Part shown: in pieces, positions 20,705 to 25,925 of the stretch
Layout of the letters: each line of letters starts with the position of its first letter
How positions within the stretch are numbered: position 1 is the stretch's first letter
Source: Chiloscyllium plagiosum
Lineage: Eukaryota
DNA length: 25,925 nt
Assembly (NCBI RefSeq): GCF_004010195.1
Contig: NC_057718.1
Coordinates: forward strand, 22,268,026 to 22,293,950
Reading direction: 5' to 3'
Notes under the pieces: generated by a model
The model's input: the letters and a program-made list of their open reading frames with translations, nothing else
Databases searched by the model: none
What the model was told of the DNA's origin: nothing
Position numbers and translations under genes: made by a program

Positions 20705-22827
20705 AAAGGACCCCCTCTACCTCTGACTCAAAGTGCAAGTTCCCTCCACTATCCCTGATCAGCCCTACCCTCACTTTGGCCATCCTCTTGTTCCTCACAT
20801 AAATGTATAATGCCTTAGGATTTTCCTTAATCCTATCTGTGAAAGCTTTTTCATGCCCCCTTCTGACTCTCCTAAGTCCATTCTTCATTTCCTTCCTGGC
20901 CACCTTGTAATTCTCTAGAGCCCTTTCTGATCCTTGCCTGAAGTAAGCTTCCTTTTTCCTCTTGACTAGATGGTCCACGTCTTTTGTCATCTAAGGTTCT
21001 TCAAACCTACCATCCCTTCCTTGCTTAATGTGACAAACCTGTCCTGCACTATCAGCAAGAGTTTCCTAAACAATCTCCACATTTCTGTCGTGCATTTCCT
21101 GAAAACATCTGTTCCCAGTAACTGCCTAACAGCGTTGTAATTCCCCCTCCCCCAATTAATTACTTTCCCGTACCATCTGCTCCTATCCCTTGCCATGAAT
21201 GATCTGACACTTGGCCTGGCTTGTTGCCAAGCACCAAATCCAATATGGCCACCCCTGTAGTCAGCCTATCTATATATTGAGTCAGGAGCTTTTCCTGGAC
21301 ACACTTGACAAAAATTTCTCCATCCAACCTATTTGAACTAAGGAGGTTCCAATCAATATTAGGGATGTTAAAGTTCTTTGTGACAACACCACTGTTACTT
21401 CTGCACCTTTCCAAAATCTGCCTCCCAATCTGCTCCTCCGTGTCTCTGTTGCTGTTGAGGTGTCTGGAGAAAACTCCCAATAATGTGACTGCTTCTTTCC
21501 TATTTCTGACTTCCACCCATACTGACTCTGTAGACAAACCCTCCTCAATGACCTCCCTTTCTGCAGCTCTGATAATATCCCTGATTAGCAAAGCCACTCC
21601 CCCACCTCTTTTACCTCCTCCACTATTCCTTCTGAAACATCTAAACTCTGGAACTTTCAACAACCATTCCTGCCCCTGTGATATCCATGTCTCCATAATG
21701 GCCAGAACATTATAGTTCCAAGTACTGATCATTCTTTTATTAAAAAAGAAACACTTCAACCCATCACACTGACTGCGCCTTTGCCCTATCAAGGGCCTGT
21801 CCCTCCTCACAAACTCTCTGCACACTGTGTCTGGCTATTCACGACACACTCCATCATCTGATCCATAGCTCTGGTTCCCACCCCAAAGAGCTCTAGCAAA
21901 CCTTCTGCCCAGGATATTGGTGCCCCTCCTGTTCAGATGCAATCTGTCCTTCTTGTACAAGTCCCACCTTCCCCAGAAAGTATCCCAATGATCCACATAT
22001 CTGAAGCTGTCCCTCCTACAGCAACAGATGACCTGCAGATTTATCAAGTGGAATTCTGCAGTGTTGTGATATGGCCCTCTCAGTGCCATATGTGTGCCGT
22101 GTATTGCACTGTGCACCTGAGGGAAGGCTCCAGCACTGATCTTATTGCGGAGGTACAAAATGAGCCAGTGTGACCTTTCATAGATGGCATCAGTCACTGG
22201 TCTGACACAGTTGTGGAGACACAATTGAAAGATCCCACACAATCACCCGGCAGTCCCTGGAGGTTGCATTGAGGTTCAAAGGAGCTGTCATCTTCACAGT
22301 TACTGGGAGAGGGTGGCCTCCCACTCTTGCAGCCCTCGGACCCCACTCCAGGATCTAGCAAATTTCTGTCGCAGTGCCCCCTGGACATATAGAGCCAGTG
22401 CCGGCACTGCATCTCACTCATCCACAGGAAATGCAGTCAGGATAGTAAAACCTGGCTCTTCTATGCACTCCGTGCATCTGTGTCTCCAACCTCTTCCTGA
22501 GTGGGGTGTTCCTCATCTTCCTCAGTGACCTGCTACTGCCTCTGAACTTGTTTGTCAGTCCTGTACCTCCTGCATCCATCTTCACCGTCTTAGGAAAGCA
22601 ACAGCAGTGACCAACATGCCACCCACGGCAGAGCACCAGACCCTCAGTGGAAATGATCTAAAATGGGAGCAAAAGGAGAGAGAGTAGTTTCAGAAAAAAA
22701 TGTCATTGAAATATTGCGCAGCTGAGGGCTGAGAACGCTTCACCACACTGTGACAAAAGCTGCATACAGAGAACAAATGGCCATGTTTCTGTCAGCCATC
22801 TGCATTCAGGCTGAACATGTGCAGCAT

Positions 22828-23145
22828 GGGCGGCACGGTGGCACAGTGGTTAGCACTGCTGCCTCACAGCGCCAGAGACTCGGGTTCAATTCCCGCCTCA
22901 GGCGACTGACTGTGTGGAGTTTGCACGTTCTCCCCGTGTCTGTGTGGGTTTCCTCTGGGTGCTCCGGTTTCCTCCCACAGTCCAAAGATGTGCAGGTCAG
23001 GTGAATTGGCCATGCTAAATTGCCCGTAGTGTTAGGTAAGGAGTAAATGTATGGGTGGGTTGCGCTTCGGCGGGGCGGTGTGGATTTGTTGGGCCGAAGG
23101 GCCTGTTTCCACACTGTAAGTAATCTAATCTAATCTAAAAAAAAA
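22828..23145 (+). mobile_element. HE1-type V-SINE, full length
   Basis: tRNA head with A box (GGTGGCACAGTGG) and B box (GGTTCAATTCC), V domain (GTGTGGAGTTTGCACGTTCTCCCCGTG..GGTTTCCTCCCACAGTCCAAAGA), CR1/HER1-like 3' end, (TAATC)n and A tail. Confidence 0.95.
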
Positions 23146-23393
23146 CCTGGTGAAGGATGACTGACCATGGCAAAAGCCCCTAGATTGTATGATGGTTATG
23201 CCCAGGCCCCTGTAAGATTCAGACCTCTGTAAGATTCAGCCACAGAGTTGACGAAGATATTAGCATGGAAAAAAGATTGCCTAGCTAACAGGAAACAGAG
23301 CTTAGAGATAAATGGGTAATTTAGTTTTCAAGTTTGCAAGGTGCAACTAGTAAAGTATCACAGGAATTAATGCTGGGTCCTCAATTATTTATA

Positions 23394-23589
23394 CTGGAAA
23401 GTGTGGTGCTGGAAAAGCACAACAGGTCAGGCAGCATCCAAGGAGCAGGAGAATCGACATTTTCATTCCTGATGAAGGTTTTTGCCTGAAACGTTGATTC
23501 TCTTGCTCCACGGTTGCTGCCTGACCTGCTGTGCTTTTCTAGACCACAAGCTCGATCTAATCTCCAGCATCTGCAGTTGTCACTTTTGC
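23394..23589. mobile_element. Fold-back (inverted) Penelope-like terminal insertion with 15-bp TSD
   Basis: Minus arm about 23397-23463, plus arm about 23464-23589. Flanks are CCTCAATTATTTATA (23379-23393) and CCTTAATTATTTATA (23590-23604). Confidence 0.88.
23465..23499 (+). ncRNA. Minimal hammerhead motif, partly diverged
   Basis: AUUC-CUGAUGA-AGGU-UUUU-GCCU-GAAAC-GUU-GAUU. Core boxes are intact, stem I is weak and the triplet is GUU. Confidence 0.55.
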
Positions 23590-25131
23590 CCTTAATTATT
23601 TATAATCTAATCTATCGGTTAGATGAGGGGGCTCAATGTATTGTAGCTGAATTTGGCAATGACATCAAGATTCATAAGAATGTAAATTTTCAAGACAAGG
23701 TAAAGAGTCTGCAGAGGTAGGTTATATGTGTGGGCAAGAATTGGCCGATGGAGTATACAGAGGTGAGTGTGAACTTGTTTGTCTTGGCAAGAAGAATAGA
23801 AAATTGTTTAAATGGAGACAGATTTCAGGACTTGTGGTGCAGAGGGATTTGAAAGTTCTGGTACATGAGTCAGAGAATGCAGGTATGCAGTTACAGTCAA
23901 TGATTAGGAAGTTAAATGGGATGTTGTCATTAAACTGCAAGGGAGATGGAATATAAGAATAAGTAGATTTTACTGCAGCTACACAGGGCATCGATGAGAT
24001 CACATCTGGAGCACTGTTTACAGTATGCTGTCTTCATTTGAAAAAAAGATATAATTACTTTAGAATCAGTTCAGAGAAGGTTCACTTGACTCATTCTTGG
24101 GATGAACAGCTTATCTTCTAATAACGATTGAACAAGTTAGACATGTATCTTTTGGATATACATTGAGAAGTGACCTTATTGGAATATATGAGATCTTGAG
24201 GGAGAACTCCTGGATCATTGGATAATAGGAAGATGCTTTCCCTTGTAAGGGAGATTAAAATTATGTCACATAGTTTAAGAATAAGAGGTTTCCCTTTTAA
24301 GACAGAAAATTGTTTTCTCTCAGAGGGTGATTGAGCTGTAGAATTGTATTCCTCAGAAGCTAATGTAAGCTGGATCCTTAATTTTTTTCCAGGCTGAGAT
24401 CGGTTTTTTGACAGACAAGGATGTCAAGGGTTATGGATTGCAGATAGGAAAGTGGAGCTGAGACCACAACCAGATCAGGCATGATCTTATTGAGTGGTGG
24501 AGTGGGCTCAAAGGGCCAAATGGTCTACTTCTCCTCCTACATTCCTATATTGATGTGTGGGAAGTCAGATCATTTCTACCAGGCTCACGTTGTAAGTTAA
24601 AGCCACGTTATAATACATTATTGACATGTTATAATGAGAGTTATATATTTCTTTATGACAGTCAATCATAGCAGAGCCTGATCATGCTAATGACTGTTAT
24701 GAACTTAGAGGAGGCAATTTAAAATACAGTCATGCTGCATCTAGAATGCATATTCCTTTGCAAGACATGAATCTCCTGATTTTTGCAGAAATATTACTCT
24801 CTTTTGCTCCCCAAAAGGCACTGACTCCTTGCTGGATCGTGGTCCACCGTTGAAAGTTATTGTCCCTCAGTGCCACATTCACATATGTGTCTTGACAGTC
24901 AATGTTATGTGGTGTGTGTGTGTTTCCAGTGGTGTAGGAAGGGCAGGTGAAATCCTGCATCTGAGGAACAGAGCTTTTGGTGGGTTATTCCAGTAATGAC
25001 CAACTCCATTCCAAATCGCTGACATAATTGTGTCTCAAGGTTGGTGAAAAATATAAGCTCTTGATTGATGGCCATGTTTTAGAGCATTGTTCATTTGATC
25101 TTGCATCCTTCGAGATGAACTTTTTATGGAC

Positions 25132-25230
25132 AAAACAAAAGCAGAAATTGGTGGAAAAGCTCAGCAGGTCTGGCAGCATCTGTGAAGAGAAATCAGAGTT
25201 AATGTTTCAGGTCTGATGATCCTTCCTCAC
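25132..25230 (-). mobile_element. Penelope-like terminal fragment of a second subfamily with degenerate hammerhead
   Basis: tggaaaagctcagcaggtctggcagcatct matches the other PLE ends. Minus strand GUGAGGAAGGAUC..ACCUGAAACAUU is a decayed core. Confidence 0.7.
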
Positions 25231-25539
25231 AAGTGGTTTTTGTTTCTCATTTAGTGTCCACAGTTCTTTCGGCTTTTATGGTCAAAGACAGTTTTTAAAA
25301 AGCAAAAATCTGTTTTCAAGTCCAACCTAAAATATCCATTATGTTGCAGATGATTCTTGTGATGTCAATGCAACATGGAGCTCGTATTATTAGTATGGGA
25401 AAAAACATATACACACACACATACACGTAGACAGACAGACACACAAACACACACAAGTGCGATAAAAATAGCACAATAACACTGACTGTCATATTAAGGA
25501 TTAACAGCATATAACTTGCTCTTATTTTATTCTGGATCA

Positions 25540-25769
25540 GTGGATGAGATGCGTTGGGGGGCATCTTTAACCACGTGGGAAGGGAAATTGCGGTCTCTAG
25601 AGAAGGAGGCCATCTGGTGTGTTCTATGGTGGAACCACAAACACACACAAGTGATACGGTGGAGGCGGAGGAATTGGGAATATGGGATGGCATATTTGCA
25701 AGAGGTAGGGTGGGAAGAGGTGTAATCCAGGTAGCTGTGGGAGTCGGTGGGTTTGTAGAAAATGTCAGT
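25540..25769 (-). mobile_element. Penelope-like RT thumb/linker fragment
   Basis: TDIFYKPTDSHSYLDYTSSHPTSCKYAIPYSQFLRLHRI (ORF 25527..25778), the characteristic PLE KPT..YL..S.HP motif. Confidence 0.9.
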
Positions 25770-25925
25770 CTGGCGCACTGACCTCTACATCGCTGAAGCC
25801 AAATGCCAACTCGAGGACACCTCTTCCTACCGCCCCCTTGACCATGACCCCACCCCCCATCACCAAACCATCATCTCCCAGACCATACAGAACCTCATCA
25901 CCTCAGGAGATCTCCCAACCACAGC
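25767..25925 (+). mobile_element. Penelope-like RT N-terminal region, running off the window
   Basis: Open frame from 25768: VWRTDLYIAEAKCQLEDTSSYRPLDHDPT..QNLITSGDLPT, the segment that follows the PLE DKG motif. Confidence 0.85.

Larger units (their letters stand above)
18626..22023 (-). mobile_element. Long CR1 (HER1-like) LINE: ORF1 esterase C-terminus plus ORF2 (APE and RT), frameshifted
   Basis: DLYKKDRLHLN (SGNH DxxH), LAIMETW..GGGVALLI..ILDLVL (APE), PLFKKGSRDNPGNYR, QHGFVRGRSCLTNL, DFSKAFDK, GVPQESVLGPLLF and a CR1 tail. Possible TSD ACAAATGAC 18617-18625 / ACAGATGAC 22024-22032. Confidence 0.95.
23255..24555 (+). mobile_element. Decayed CR1 LINE 3' part, interrupted by a PLE insertion
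   Basis: SQELMLGPQLFI|..LDEGAQCIVAEFGNDIKI, VQRDLKVLVHES, ESVQRRFT and a CR1 tail like 130-453. Confidence 0.85.

Noticed and set aside
22828..22900. tRNA gene
   Set aside because: The A and B boxes continue into a V domain and a LINE-like tail, so this is a SINE head.
23597..23606. MEF2-like site TTATTTATAA in a muscle gene intron
   Set aside because: It lies in an AT-rich TSD inside a CR1. A single short motif is not evidence of an enhancer.
17272..25925. RyR exon 3 (NVPPDL..LEQSLSVRALQEM) downstream, and exon 1 upstream of 17152
   Set aside because: Not found by eye or in the ORF track. Presumably outside the window.

Overview
Repeat-rich vertebrate intronic DNA. An HE1/V-SINE, HER1/CR1 LINEs and SacSINE1-like DeuSINEs point to a cartilaginous fish (shark); this is inferred, not searched. 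The only host coding sequence is one 120-nt exon (17152-17271, +) of a ryanodine receptor, equivalent to exon 2 and most like RYR2. The rest is intron 1 (at least 17 kb) and intron 2 (at least 8.6 kb), filled with decayed CR1, L2, SINE and Penelope-like (PLE) retroelements. The most unusual structure is at 1103-3152: a 1147-bp-period duplication bounded by two identical minimal hammerhead-ribozyme motifs (minus strand, PLE-derived), each unit carrying a C/T-rich minisatellite, with 20 nt of extra PLE end sequence at the junction. It could be a retrozyme-like or PLE-driven duplication, or an assembly artefact. Other PLE oddities are a fold-back insertion hiding a sense-strand hammerhead, a back-to-back RT inversion, and an 18-nt in-frame replacement copied from nearby flank. 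Repeat family names come from recalled consensus features, and the boundaries of old repeats are approximate.
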